Below are positions 20,010 to 30,626 of a stretch of 64,000 nt of DNA, in pieces. Positions within the stretch are counted from its first letter, which is position 1. Every line of letters begins with the position of its first letter. A program made the translations under genes and the position numbers. The DNA is from Polyangiales bacterium (lineage in GTDB: Bacteria > Myxococcota_A > Polyangia > Polyangiales > JADJQN01), in the NCBI GenBank assembly GCA_964202905.1, contig CAXNJO010000007.1, positions 165,095 to 229,094 on the forward strand, given 5' to 3'. Under the pieces are notes generated by a model. The model was not told where the DNA came from. It saw only the letters and a list, made by a program, of their open reading frames with translations, and ran no database searches.

Positions 20010-22586
20010 ATGCCCCACGTCGCCCTCTGCGGGCACGCCCACGGCGCCATGCTCGGCCCCGACGGCGCGCGCGCCTTCCCGCTCCCCGGCGATCCCCCGC
20101 AATACGCGCGCGATCGCAGCTTCGCCGTCGATCACCTCACCCTGCGCGTCCGGCTCGATTTCGATGCGCGCGCCGTCTCCGGCGAGGCGACCCTCGCGGT
20201 GCGCCGCATCGATCCCCACGCCCGCGCGCTCGTGCTCGACGCCGTCGGCTTCGAGGACGTCGAGGTCGCGCGGATCGACGCCGCGGGCGCGTCGCGGGGC
20301 GCGGCCTTCCGCTACGACGGCGAGGCGCTCTCCATCGATCTCGCTGACGTCGGCGACGGCGCGGGGACGTCGATCACCATCCGGTGGCGCTGCACGCCGC
20401 GGCGCGGCCTGTATTTCCTCGGACCCGACGCAGCCGTGCCCGACCGGCCCAGGCAGGTCTGGTCGCAGGGCCAGGACCAGGACAACCGGCACTGGTTCCC
20501 CTGCCTCGATCACCCCGGCGTTCGCGCGCGTACGGACGTGCTCGTCACCGTCCCGCGCGGTCTCTTCGCGCTCTCGAACGGCGCGCTCGTCTCCCGCACC
20601 GACGACGCCGACGCGACGACGACCTTCCACTGGCGCCTCGCCGAGCCGCATCCCGCCTACCTCGTGATGCTCGCCGTCGCCGACTTCGAGGAAGAGCACG
20701 ACGAGGTCGATGGGCTGCCCGTCTCTTATTACGCGCTGCGCGGAAGCGGCGCGCACCTGCGCCGCTCGCTCGGTCGCACGCCGGAGATGATTCGCCTGTT
20801 CTCACGGCAACTCGCGCTCCCGTTCCCCTGGGAGAAGTACGCGCAGGTCGTGGTGAGCGACTTCATCTTCGGCGGCATGGAGAACACCTCCGCGACGACG
20901 CTGTACGAGCGCGCGCTGCTCGACGAGCGCGCCGCCCTCGACGTCGACACCGAGTCGCTCGTCGCGCACGAGCTCGCGCACCAGTGGTTCGGCGATCTGC
21001 TCACGTGCCGCGAGTGGACGCATGCGTGGCTCAACGAGGGCTTCGCGACGTACTTCGAGCACGTCTGGCGCGAGCACTGCGATGGCCGCGACGGCTACCT
21101 CTACGAGCTCGAGCACGGGCTCGACGCGTGGAGCGAGGAGGACGGCGCGCGCTACCGGCGCGCGGTGGTCGACAACCGCTGGGCGGCGCCGATCGACCTC
21201 TTCGACCGGCACCTCTACCAGAAGGGCGGCCTCGTGCTGCATGCGCTGCGCGAGCGCCTCGGCGACGAGGCCTTCTGGCGCGGTGTACGGCTGTACGTCG
21301 CGCGCCACCGCGGCGCACCCGTGGAGACGCGCGATTTCCTGCGCGCGATGGAGGATGCCACCGGCCGCTCGCTCGAAGCCTTCTTCGAGCAGTGGATCCT
21401 GCGGCCCGGCATGCCCAGCCTCGCCCTCTCCGCCACGTGGGAACACGGCGTGCTCTCGCTGACGATCGAGCAGCGTGGTGAGCTCTTCCAAGCCGAGCTC
21501 CCCGTCGACGTCGTGACCGCCGCTGGATCGGTTCGGCATCGCGTGCCGCTGCGCGCCGCGAAGGAGACGTACTCGCTCGCCTGCGCGACGGCGCCGACCC
21601 GCGTCGTCGTCGATCCGGAACTCGCGCTGCCGGGCCGCATCGAGAACGGCTTCGGCACCGCGCTCCTCGTCGCCCAACTCGCCGCCGACGAGCGCGCTGC
21701 GCCGCGCTGGAGGGCCGCGCGCGCGCTCGGCAAGCGCAACGCGCGCGACGCTGTGCGCGCGCTCGCGGCAGGGCTCGCAGGCGATGCCTTCTGGGGTGTG
21801 CGCGTCGAGTGTGCCGGCGCGCTCGCCGAGCACCGCAGCGCAGCGGCGCTCGACGCGCTGCTCGCCGCGCCCATCGACGCGGACCCGCGCGTCCGCCGCG
21901 CCTTGGCCCGCGCGCTCGGCGCGTTTCGCGAGCCCCGCGCCGCCGACCGCCTCATCGCCGATCTCGCGCGCGACGAGCGCAGCTGGCTCGTCGAATCCGA
22001 GCGCCTCCGCGCCCTCGGTCGCACCCGCGACGATCGCGCCCTCGCGTTGCTCGTCGCGGCGCTTCCGCGCGCGTCCTGGTCCGACGTCGTCCGCACCGCG
22101 GCGCTCGACGGGCTCGGCGCGCTGCGCGACGCAAGCGCGCTCCCGCACCTTCTCGAGCACGTCCGCTACGGCGTGCCGAGCGCGTCCCGCCGCGCCGCGC
22201 TCGCCGGGCTCTCCGCCGCGCGCGAGCTCACGACGGACGCGCCGCTCCTCGCCCGGCTGCGGGAGACCCTCGCGGACCAACTCGACGACTTCGACCCCAA
22301 CGTCGCGATCGCGGCGATCGTCGCGTTGCGCGACCTGCGTGCGCGCGACGCGCTCTCCGCGCTCGAGCGTGCGTCGCAGCGCTCCCTCGACGGTCGCGTG
22401 CGCCGCCGCGCGCGCGAGGCGCTCCGCGACCTCGGCGCAGCGCTCGCAGAGGACGCCGCCGTGCCCGCGTTGAGGGAGGAGGTCGAGAAGCTGCGCGAGG
22501 AGACCCGCGCGATGCGCGACCGGCTCGCGGCGCTCGAGGCGCGTCCCTCGACGTCCTTGGCCGCGCGCGATCCTGCCCCCGCTTGA
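20010..22586 (+). CDS. M1-family aminopeptidase with C-terminal HEAT repeats and coiled coil
   Basis: GGMEN, HELAHQWFG...WLNEGFA, YQKG; HEAT repeats; terminal coiled coil. Confidence 0.93.
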   Translation: MPHVALCGHAHGAMLGPDGARAFPLPGDPPQYARDRSFAVDHLTLRVRLDFDARAVSGEATLAVRRIDPHARALVLDAVGFEDVEVARIDAAGASRGAAFRYDGEALSIDLADVGDGAGTSITIRWRCTPRRGLYFLGPDAAVPDRPRQVWSQGQDQDNRHWFPCLDHPGVRARTDVLVTVPRGLFALSNGALVSRTDDADATTTFHWRLAEPHPAYLVMLAVADFEEEHDEVDGLPVSYYALRGSGAHLRRSLGRTPEMIRLFSRQLALPFPWEKYAQVVVSDFIFGGMENTSATTLYERALLDERAALDVDTESLVAHELAHQWFGDLLTCREWTHAWLNEGFATYFEHVWREHCDGRDGYLYELEHGLDAWSEEDGARYRRAVVDNRWAAPIDLFDRHLYQKGGLVLHALRERLGDEAFWRGVRLYVARHRGAPVETRDFLRAMEDATGRSLEAFFEQWILRPGMPSLALSATWEHGVLSLTIEQRGELFQAELPVDVVTAAGSVRHRVPLRAAKETYSLACATAPTRVVVDPELALPGRIENGFGTALLVAQLAADERAAPRWRAARALGKRNARDAVRALAAGLAGDAFWGVRVECAGALAEHRSAAALDALLAAPIDADPRVRRALARALGAFREPRAADRLIADLARDERSWLVESERLRALGRTRDDRALALLVAALPRASWSDVVRTAALDGLGALRDASALPHLLEHVRYGVPSASRRAALAGLSAARELTTDAPLLARLRETLADQLDDFDPNVAIAAIVALRDLRARDALSALERASQRSLDGRVRRRAREALRDLGAALAEDAAVPALREEVEKLREETRAMRDRLAALEARPSTSLAARDPAPA

Positions 22587-22604
22587 CCGCAGCCGCGCGG
22601 AAGG

Positions 22605-22613
22605 TGTTACGCT
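22605..22613 (+). promoter_or_regulatory. Putative extended -10 promoter (TGtTACGCT) for the RRM gene
   Basis: TGn-TAnnnT ~90 nt upstream of ATG 22704; TTGACC at 22583 with a long (19 nt) spacer. Confidence 0.4.
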
Positions 22614-22703
22614 CAGGCGGTTGGCTACCGTTCGTCGTGGGCGAGGCGCATCGTGCGTCGCGGCGCGGCGACCACCTCAGAGATCCGGGAGACGAAGCAG
22701 AAG

Positions 22704-23717
22704 ATGGCGAACGAGGATGCGTGCAAGCTGTTCGTCGCAGGCTTGCCCGAGGCGATGTCGGAAGAGGGACTCAGCGAGCTGTTCGTCAGCTCGGGCTCGA
22801 AGATCGAGGATCTGTCGATGCCGAGGGACCGCATGACCGGGCGGCCTCGCGGCTTTGCCTTCGTGCGGCTCGCGTCTCCGGCTGACGCGGAGGCCGCACG
22901 CGCGACCCTCGACGGGACGCTCATCGAGGGACGCAGCATCAGCGTCCGTCCGTTCTCCCCCGAGCCCCCCGCACGCGGAGAGCGCGGTCCCGGCATCGCG
23001 CTGCGTTCGGTGACCGGCGCGCCGATGTTGCGAGAGCCGGGCGGCGGCATGGGCGACCGGCCCGCCCCGCGCGGCCCTGGCGGCCCCGGCGGGCCCGGTG
23101 GCCCTGACTCCTCGGACCGCACCCTCTACGTGGGCAACTTGCCCTACGACGCCAGCGAATCGGACGTGAAGGAGTTGTTCGAGCAGCTCGGCATCCCGGC
23201 CGCGCAGCGCATCCACCTCCCGACAGACCCGGATGGCCGCAAGCGTGGCTTCGGCTTCGTCACGGTCGCCTCGGCCGAGGAGGCGGTGAGCTCCCTCGAG
23301 AAGCTGAAGGAGGCGCAGGTGCGCGGCCGTCGCCTCGTGGTGAACATCGCCCACCCGAAGGGTGACCGTCCGCCCCCGCGCGCGGGTGGCTTCGAGCGCG
23401 GCCCTGGGGGCTTCGAACGAGGCCCGGCCGGGTTTGACCGCGGCCCCGCCGGGTTCGATCGCGGCCCGGCCGGGTTCGATCGCGGCCCCGCTGGCGGAGG
23501 CTATGGCGGCGCGGGTGGGGCCGCTGGCAGTGCACCGGCCGGTACACCCGAAGAGCGTCGGCGCCGCACCTTCTCTGCGGACGACAAACCCGGCGGCGCC
23601 GCGCCCGCCTTCGGCAAGGCCGGCAACAAGAAGCGTCGCCCCCTCGAGCCGAAGAACGCCGGCAAGAAGCGCGGTGGCGGCGGCAGCAGCGGCGGCTGGG
23701 AAGAGGACGACTACTGA
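22704..23717 (+). CDS. RNA-binding protein with two RRM domains and Gly/Arg-rich tail
   Basis: KLFVAGL/RGFAFV and TLYVGNL/RGFGFV RNP2/RNP1 pairs. Confidence 0.92.
   Translation: MANEDACKLFVAGLPEAMSEEGLSELFVSSGSKIEDLSMPRDRMTGRPRGFAFVRLASPADAEAARATLDGTLIEGRSISVRPFSPEPPARGERGPGIALRSVTGAPMLREPGGGMGDRPAPRGPGGPGGPGGPDSSDRTLYVGNLPYDASESDVKELFEQLGIPAAQRIHLPTDPDGRKRGFGFVTVASAEEAVSSLEKLKEAQVRGRRLVVNIAHPKGDRPPPRAGGFERGPGGFERGPAGFDRGPAGFDRGPAGFDRGPAGGGYGGAGGAAGSAPAGTPEERRRRTFSADDKPGGAAPAFGKAGNKKRRPLEPKNAGKKRGGGGSSGGWEEDDY
23388..23492 (+). repeat. 5 x 21-bp in-frame tandem repeat encoding GF(E/D)RGP(G/A)
   Basis: Read directly in the sequence; copies differ mostly at synonymous positions. Confidence 0.9.
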
Positions 23718-23780
23718 CCCTCCGACCCCGGTCCCGCGCCGCGTGCGGCGCCGGACAGTCGAGGAGGGTGGCCCGTACCC

Positions 23781-23805
23781 CGCGGAAACGCCGCAGGTTT
23801 CCGCG
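23781..23805. other. Inverted repeat CGCGGAAAC-N7-GTTTCCGCG (hairpin or operator just upstream of the nuo promoter)
   Basis: Perfect 9-bp arms. Confidence 0.55.
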
Positions 23806-23816
23806 CTTCACCAGCG

Positions 23817-23845
23817 TTGACAGCCACGGGCTGCGACGCTAGAAA
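23817..23845 (+). promoter_or_regulatory. Putative sigma70-type promoter of the nuo operon
   Basis: TTGACA-N17-TAGAAA in an intergenic region. Confidence 0.6.
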
Positions 23846-24087
23846 CGCCGCCGCAGGGCATGCCGGTTCGCGGTATCCCCACGGGCGGGCAGCGGGATTC
23901 GCCACGCCGCGAGTCCGATGGCGGGAGGCCCCGCGTCGGCGCCGGCCGAGGTCCTCAGATCCGGCAGCGGGCCCCGGCCCGGCGAGGGGCTCAGGCCCGG
24001 CAAGAACGACCGGGGCCCGGCCCCACGAAAAGACGACCCGGGGCACCGCGCCCGCATCCAGACCCACGAAGCGAAGGCTGGCCGTCG

Positions 24088-24434
24088 ATGCTCTCCGTCT
24101 ACCTCCCGATTCTCGTCATCCTCGTCGTCGCGATCGTCCTCGCGTCGGCCATCTTCACGCTCGGCACGGTTCTCGGTCCGAAGAACCCGACCCCGGAGAA
24201 GATGCTGCCCTTCGAGTCAGGTTCCGACTCGACGGGCGCGCAGCACGTCAAGCTGAGCGTGAAGTTCTACTTGACGGCGATCCTCTTCGTCGTCTTCGAC
24301 ATCGAGGCCGTCTTCCTCTACCCGTGGGCCGGCCTCTTCCGCAGCCTCGGCTGGATTGGCCTCGTCGAGATGACCCTCTTCCTCACGGTCCTCGCGGCCA
24401 CGCTCGTCTACGCCTGGAAAAAGGGAGCCCTCGA

Positions 24435-24447
<13 letters not shown>
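24088..24447 (+). CDS. nuoA: NADH-quinone oxidoreductase subunit A
   Basis: KMLPFESG, KFYLTAILFVVFDIEAVFLYPW, KKGALEW. Confidence 0.95.
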
Positions 24448-25042
<595 letters not shown>

Positions 25043-25046
<4 letters not shown>

Positions 25047-25732
25047 GCGCGAAGATCCTCGCGCGCCTTCAGGCCCAGTTCGGGGCGCGCATCCTCTCCA
25101 CGTCGAGCTTCCGTGGCGACGACACCGCGGTGGTCGCGGCGAAGGACTGGCGCGAGGTCGCGCTCTTCCTCAAGACGGACGCGGAGACGGCCCTCGACCA
25201 CTTCACCGACCTCACGGCGGTCGACTACCCCGAGCGTGAGCCCGGCCTCCCCCGTTTCGATGTGCTCGTCCACGCGCGCTCGATGCGCAAGGGCCACCGG
25301 TTCACGCTCAAGACGCGTGTGCGGGACGGGGAGTCGCTCGACTCGCTGCTCCCCGTCTGGCGCGGCGCCGACTGGACGGAGCGCGAGTGCTTCGACATGT
25401 TCGGCATCGTCTTTCGCGGTCACCCGGATCTGCGCCGGATCCTCATGTATCCGGAGTTCACCGGCCACCCGCTCCGCAAGGACTACCCGATCGAGCGTGT
25501 GCAGCCCCTCGTGAAGTACCGCGACGAGGACAACATCGAGAAGCTCGCGCCGTTCGGCCCCGAAGAGGGCCAGCCCTTCGCGCGCATCGACTGGCAGGCG
25601 CGCCTGCTCGGTGAGGACCTCCAGGTCGCTCCCGCGCTCGCGGTCCAGCAGGGCCAGAAGCACAACACCAGCGAGACGAGCGCCACGCAGAAGGGCGCCC
25701 CGCTCCCCGCCGAGATCCCCGGCAAGGCCTGA
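25043..25732 (+). CDS. nuoC: NADH-quinone oxidoreductase subunit C
   Basis: [39 protein letters not shown]. Confidence 0.95.
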
Positions 25733-25746
25733 ACGGAGACGAGACG

Positions 25747-26964
25747 ATGGAGCCGATCGAAGAGGAGCTCGAGGACGAGGCCGCACTGGAGCTCCCCTCG
25801 GAGCCCATGAAACTCAACATGGGCCCGTCGCACCCCGCGATGCACGGGACCATCCGCATGGTGCTCGACCTCGACGGCGAGATCATCCAAGAGGTCGACG
25901 TCCAGCCGGGCTACCTGCACCGCGGCTTCGAGAAGAGCTGCGAGCGCGGCACCTGGCAGCAGGTCTACCCCTACGCGGACCGCCTCAACTACGTCTCGCC
26001 GATGCTGAACAACGTCGGCTTCTCGCTCGCCGCGGAGAAGCTGCTCGGGATCACGGTCCCTGAGCGCTGTCAGTACTACCGCGTCATCCTCGGTGAGTTG
26101 GCCCGCATCGCGGACCACCTCACCTGCAACGGCGCGGGCGCGATGGAGCTCGGCGCATTCACGCCGTTCCTTTGGTGCCTGAAGGTCCGCGACTGGGTGT
26201 GGGACATCCTCGAGAAGGAGACCGGCGCCCGCATGACGCACTCCTTCGGCCGCATCGGCGGCATGGCGCGGCCGCCGACGGCCACGCTCAAGGAGGATGT
26301 TCGCGCGCTCCTCCCGGAAATCGAGAAGGTGCTGATGGAGGTGGAGACGATGCTCCTCCGCAACCGCATCTTCCTCGACCGCATGCAGGGCGTCGGCATC
26401 CTCACGAAGGAGCTCGCGCTCGACGCCGGCGTGACGGGTCCGATGCTCCGCTCGACCGGCGTCGACTACGACGTGCGCAAGGCGCACCCGTACCTCGTTT
26501 ACGACCGCTTCGACTTCGATGTGCCCATCGGGCACGACGGCGACAACTACGACCGCTTCCTCGTCCGGACCGAGGAGATGCGCCAGTCGTGCCGCATCCT
26601 CGCCCAGGCATGTGATCAGATGCCCGACGATGGCCCCATCAACGTCGACGACCCGCGCGTGATGCTCCCCGAGAAGCACGCCGTCTACACGACGATCGAG
26701 GCGACGATCGCGCATTTCAAGCTGGTGATGGAGGGCATCAAGATCCCGCCCGGCGAGGTCTACTCCTACACCGAGGCCGGCAACGGCGAGCTCGGGTTCT
26801 ATCTGGTTTCGGATGGGTCGGGCACGCCGTACCGCGTGCGCTGCCGGCCGCCCTGTTTCATCAACCTCGCAATCTGCCGCGACATGCTGCTCGGCGAGAT
26901 GGTCGCGGACATCATCCCGACCTTCGGCTCCGTGAACATGATCGGCGGCGAGTGTGATCGGTGA
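25747..26964 (+). CDS. nuoD: NADH-quinone oxidoreductase subunit D
   Basis: LNMGPSHPAMHG, GYLHRGFEK, DRLNY, GECDR. Confidence 0.96.
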   Translation: MEPIEEELEDEAALELPSEPMKLNMGPSHPAMHGTIRMVLDLDGEIIQEVDVQPGYLHRGFEKSCERGTWQQVYPYADRLNYVSPMLNNVGFSLAAEKLLGITVPERCQYYRVILGELARIADHLTCNGAGAMELGAFTPFLWCLKVRDWVWDILEKETGARMTHSFGRIGGMARPPTATLKEDVRALLPEIEKVLMEVETMLLRNRIFLDRMQGVGILTKELALDAGVTGPMLRSTGVDYDVRKAHPYLVYDRFDFDVPIGHDGDNYDRFLVRTEEMRQSCRILAQACDQMPDDGPINVDDPRVMLPEKHAVYTTIEATIAHFKLVMEGIKIPPGEVYSYTEAGNGELGFYLVSDGSGTPYRVRCRPPCFINLAICRDMLLGEMVADIIPTFGSVNMIGGECDR

Positions 26965-28577
26965 GTGAGCGCATGCCGACCTTCAAGCTCAACGGACAAG
27001 ACCTCGCGTACCAGCCGGGCGACACGATCATCCGCGCGGCGTGGCGCGCGGGGATCGAGATCCCGCACTACTGCTGGCACCCCGGGCTGAGCGTCGCCGC
27101 GAACTGCCGCATGTGCCTCGTCGAGGTCAAGAGCGGCCGCCCCATGATGCTGCCGATCCTGCAGTGGGACGCGAAGAAGAACGAGTACGTCGAGGCGACG
27201 AAGCCGAAGCTCGTTCCCGCTTGCCAGCAAGCGGTCACCGACGGCCTCGAGGTCACCTCCCAGTCCGACCAGGTCAAGCAGGCGCAGGCGAGCGTGCAGG
27301 AGTTCCTGCTGCTGAATCACCCGGTCGACTGCCCGATCTGCGACCAGGCGGGCGAGTGCAAACTCCAAGACTACTGGCTCGCGCACCAGACGAAGCTCAA
27401 GCGCAAGGCGACGGAGCCCGTGCACAAGGTGAAGGGCGTCCGCTTCGGCCCCACCATCGTCTACGATGGCGAGCGTTGCGTGATGTGCACGCGCTGCGTC
27501 CGCTTCAACGAAGAGGTCGTCAAGGACCCGGTCCTCGACATGCGCGAGCGCGGCAACGTCAACGAGATCGTGCTCTCACCCGGCCGGGAGCTTGACCACA
27601 AGTACTCGCTGATGAACGAGCACGTCTGCCCCGTCGGCGCGCTCACCTCGCGGGACTTCCGCTTCAAGGCGCGGGTGTGGTTCCTCAAGGCCGCGCCGAG
27701 TGTGTGTGGCGGCTGCGCCACTGGCTGCAACGACTTCATCGACTTCGACCCGCGCACGCAGGAGGTTCAGCGCCTCCGCCCGCGCGACAACGAGTCCGTC
27801 AACCAATACTGGATGTGCGACGACGGCATGATGTCGTACCGCCGCTTCCACGAGGACCGCGTGCGCCTCGGTCGCGTGCGCATGGGCGCGGAGTTCACCG
27901 ACGTCGCGCCGACGGCCGCGTTGAAGGAAGCCGCCGGCCTCCTCGCCGCGGCGAAGGAGGGCGGGCGCAAGCTCGGGGTCGTGCTCTCCGCGCAACACGC
28001 CAGCGAGGACAACTTCGTCCTCGCCCGCCTCGCGCGGGACGTCCTCGGCGCGAGCGCCGTGTACCTCGCCGCCCAAGGCGGATGGGACGGCGACGCCATC
28101 CTCCGTGATGCGGACAACAATCCGAACCGCGCCGGCGCGACGGCTGTCGCGGCGCAGCACGGCTTCGCATCGCTCGGCACGACGGAGACCCTCCTCGGCG
28201 ACGTCGCCGCCGGCCGCATCGGCGTCGTTCTCGCGCTCGGCTGGGCCTCGAAGGAGTCCTCCACCGAGCTCGCCGGGCTGGGCCGCGTGCCCATGATCAG
28301 CTTCACCTCGAACGAGGGCGCGCTGCCGTCGGTGGCCACCGTCGTCGTGCCCGTGGCGGTGCACGCGGAGATGTACGGCACGTTCACCAATCGCGCGGGC
28401 CTCGCGCAGCAATTCAAGCGCGCCGTGCATCCGCCCCCCGGCATCAAGCCGGCGTGGGAGGCTCTCCTCGATCTCGCGCGCGCCCTCGGCGCCAACCTGA
28501 ACCTCGGCAAGCTCGAGGACGTGCGGCGTGCGCTGCCGGCCTCCCCGCCCCCCGCGCAGCCCGCGGCAACGGCCTGA
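26961..28577 (+). CDS. nuoG: NADH-quinone oxidoreductase subunit G (short form, 538 aa)
   Basis: IPHYCWHPGLSVAANCRMCLVE, NHPVDCPICDQAGEC, CVMCTRC, CPVGAL, CGGCATGC...WMCD. Confidence 0.9.
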   Translation: MSERMPTFKLNGQDLAYQPGDTIIRAAWRAGIEIPHYCWHPGLSVAANCRMCLVEVKSGRPMMLPILQWDAKKNEYVEATKPKLVPACQQAVTDGLEVTSQSDQVKQAQASVQEFLLLNHPVDCPICDQAGECKLQDYWLAHQTKLKRKATEPVHKVKGVRFGPTIVYDGERCVMCTRCVRFNEEVVKDPVLDMRERGNVNEIVLSPGRELDHKYSLMNEHVCPVGALTSRDFRFKARVWFLKAAPSVCGGCATGCNDFIDFDPRTQEVQRLRPRDNESVNQYWMCDDGMMSYRRFHEDRVRLGRVRMGAEFTDVAPTAALKEAAGLLAAAKEGGRKLGVVLSAQHASEDNFVLARLARDVLGASAVYLAAQGGWDGDAILRDADNNPNRAGATAVAAQHGFASLGTTETLLGDVAAGRIGVVLALGWASKESSTELAGLGRVPMISFTSNEGALPSVATVVVPVAVHAEMYGTFTNRAGLAQQFKRAVHPPPGIKPAWEALLDLARALGANLNLGKLEDVRRALPASPPPAQPAATA

Positions 28578-28584
28578 CAGGACC

Positions 28585-29931
28585 ATGGACCTCTTCCTCG
28601 CGATCTCGACCCCGATCAAAGTGCTCTTCGTGATCGGGCTGATCCTGCAGGCCGTTCCGATCATGCTCTGGGCCGAGCGCCGTCAGAGCGCGAAGATGCA
28701 GGACCGCGTCGGCCCGACGCGCGCAGACATTCCGCTTCCACCCTTCCTCCTGCAGTTCCGCGGCCTCTTGAAGCTCGGGGCGCTTGCGGTGGGCATCGGT
28801 GCGACGGTCGTCGGCGCGTTCGTCGTCCTCAACGCGCTCCGCGCCGAGGAGCCCTCGACGCCCGCGTGGCTCGGCGTCGTCGGCGTGATCGTCGGCCTCG
28901 TGCACCTCGGGGTCTGGCGAATCTTCGACCTGCTCATCCCCGAGAACGGGCGCATCACGCTCTTCGGCCTGCTTCACTCGCTCGCCGACTCCATCAAGCT
29001 CATCTGGAAGGAAGACTTCGTCCCGCCGAACGCCGACCGCCTGATGCACTCGGCGGCGCCCTTCATCGCGGTGGTGCCTGCGCTGATCACGATGGCCGTG
29101 GTGCCCTTCAGCGACACCTTCTATCCCGCGCTCTGGAACCAGCACATCCCGGCCTCGGGCGTCGTCGACGCCACGGTTCGTGGGACGGCGCTGCAGGTCT
29201 CGTCCCTGAACGTCGGCATCCTCTACATCTTTGGCGTCGCGGGCACCGGCATCGTCGGCGCGGCGCTCGCGGGCTACTGCAGCGACAACAAGTTCTCGCT
29301 CCTCGGCGGCATCCGCGCCGCGAGCCAGATGGTCAGCTACGAGGTCACGCTGGGCCTCTCGATCGTCGGCTGTTTCATGGTCTACGGATCGCTCCTGCTC
29401 GAGGACATGGTTCATTGGCAGCAGGCGCACGTCTGGGGGATCGTCGTCCAGCCGCTCGCCTTCCTGCTGTACTTCGCGGCCTCGACGGCGGAGTCGAAGC
29501 GCATCCCCTTCGACATCCCTGAGGGCGAGTCCGAGATCGTCGCCGGCTACTTCACCGAGTACGCGGGCATGAAGTTCGCGATGTTCATGATGGGCGAGTA
29601 CGCGGAGGTCATCCTCTCGTCGGTCCTCATCATCACGCTGTTCCTCGGGGGCTACAACTTGCCCTTCCTCGATCGGGGCGGGTTCTCGTTCGGGTTTGGC
29701 GACACGGTCTGGTACAGCGTCCCGCTCCAGCACTGGGCTGTCACGGTCATCCACGTCGTGACGTTCCTCGCCAAGCTGCTCGGCATTCTCTTCCTGCAGT
29801 TCACGATCCGCTGGTCGCTGCCGCGATTCCGCTACGACCAGCTGATGAAGCTCTGCTGGCAGTTCCTCCTGCCGCTCTCCCTCCTCAACATCTTCGTCAC
29901 CGGCATCGTCGTCCTGCTGCTCGGCAGCTGA
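28585..29931 (+). CDS. nuoH: NADH-quinone oxidoreductase subunit H, with a two-helix insertion
   Basis: ERR...QDRVGP, ADSIKLIWKE, RAASQMVSYE, PFDIPEGESEIVAGYFTEY, PRFRYDQLM. Confidence 0.93.
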   Translation: MDLFLAISTPIKVLFVIGLILQAVPIMLWAERRQSAKMQDRVGPTRADIPLPPFLLQFRGLLKLGALAVGIGATVVGAFVVLNALRAEEPSTPAWLGVVGVIVGLVHLGVWRIFDLLIPENGRITLFGLLHSLADSIKLIWKEDFVPPNADRLMHSAAPFIAVVPALITMAVVPFSDTFYPALWNQHIPASGVVDATVRGTALQVSSLNVGILYIFGVAGTGIVGAALAGYCSDNKFSLLGGIRAASQMVSYEVTLGLSIVGCFMVYGSLLLEDMVHWQQAHVWGIVVQPLAFLLYFAASTAESKRIPFDIPEGESEIVAGYFTEYAGMKFAMFMMGEYAEVILSSVLIITLFLGGYNLPFLDRGGFSFGFGDTVWYSVPLQHWAVTVIHVVTFLAKLLGILFLQFTIRWSLPRFRYDQLMKLCWQFLLPLSLLNIFVTGIVVLLLGS

Positions 29932-29956
29932 CGACCCCGCGTCCCCGAGGCTCCCC

Positions 29957-30544
29957 ATGGGAAAGCTCGTCCACAAGCCCAGCAAGATGACCGTCGGCGA
30001 GCAGGCCTACGTGCCTGCGATCGTCGCGGGCGTCGGCCTCTCGATGCGCAAGTTCTTCAAGAACACCTTCTCGAAGCGCGAGAACGGCGACATCGCGACG
30101 GTGAGTTACCCCGAGGAGAAGCGCATCTATCCCGAGCGCTTCCGCGGCGTGCACCGACTCACGCACCGCGCGGACGGCTCGCCGCGCTGCGTCGCGTGCC
30201 TCTGCTGCTCCACGGCGTGCCCCGCGCAGTGCATTCACATCGAACCGGCCGAGTACGACGCCGCGGACGCGCGCCACGGGTACGAGCGATTCCCCAAGGT
30301 GTTCGTCATCGACGAGCTGCGCTGCATCTTCTGTGGTTTCTGCGTCGAGGCCTGTCCATGCGACGCCATCCGCATGGACACCGGCCTGCACATGGTCCCC
30401 TCGACCGAGCGCGAGCATTTCCTCTACGACAAGGAGACGCTCATGGCGATCCCGGGGGCCGACGGCACCCATGAGAGCGCCAACCCCCGCCACGAGCCCG
30501 GCGACCCGTCGCATCCGGGCCTCACGCGCGCGCACGGTCACTGA
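29957..30544 (+). CDS. nuoI: NADH-quinone oxidoreductase subunit I
   Basis: YPEEKR, RFRG, CVACLCCSTACP and CIFCGFCVEACP. Confidence 0.95.
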   Translation: MGKLVHKPSKMTVGEQAYVPAIVAGVGLSMRKFFKNTFSKRENGDIATVSYPEEKRIYPERFRGVHRLTHRADGSPRCVACLCCSTACPAQCIHIEPAEYDAADARHGYERFPKVFVIDELRCIFCGFCVEACPCDAIRMDTGLHMVPSTEREHFLYDKETLMAIPGADGTHESANPRHEPGDPSHPGLTRAHGH

Positions 30545-30626
30545 GCTCCGGGCGGAACCGCCGCCGGTCCGCGCTTCGGGGCATGCGGATTTGTAACGGT
30601 TCTCGGCGGCGTCCGACCATCGGACC

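Noticed and set aside
23388..23492. Possible CRISPR or non-coding repeat
   Set aside because: In-frame 21-bp coding repeats with no spacers.
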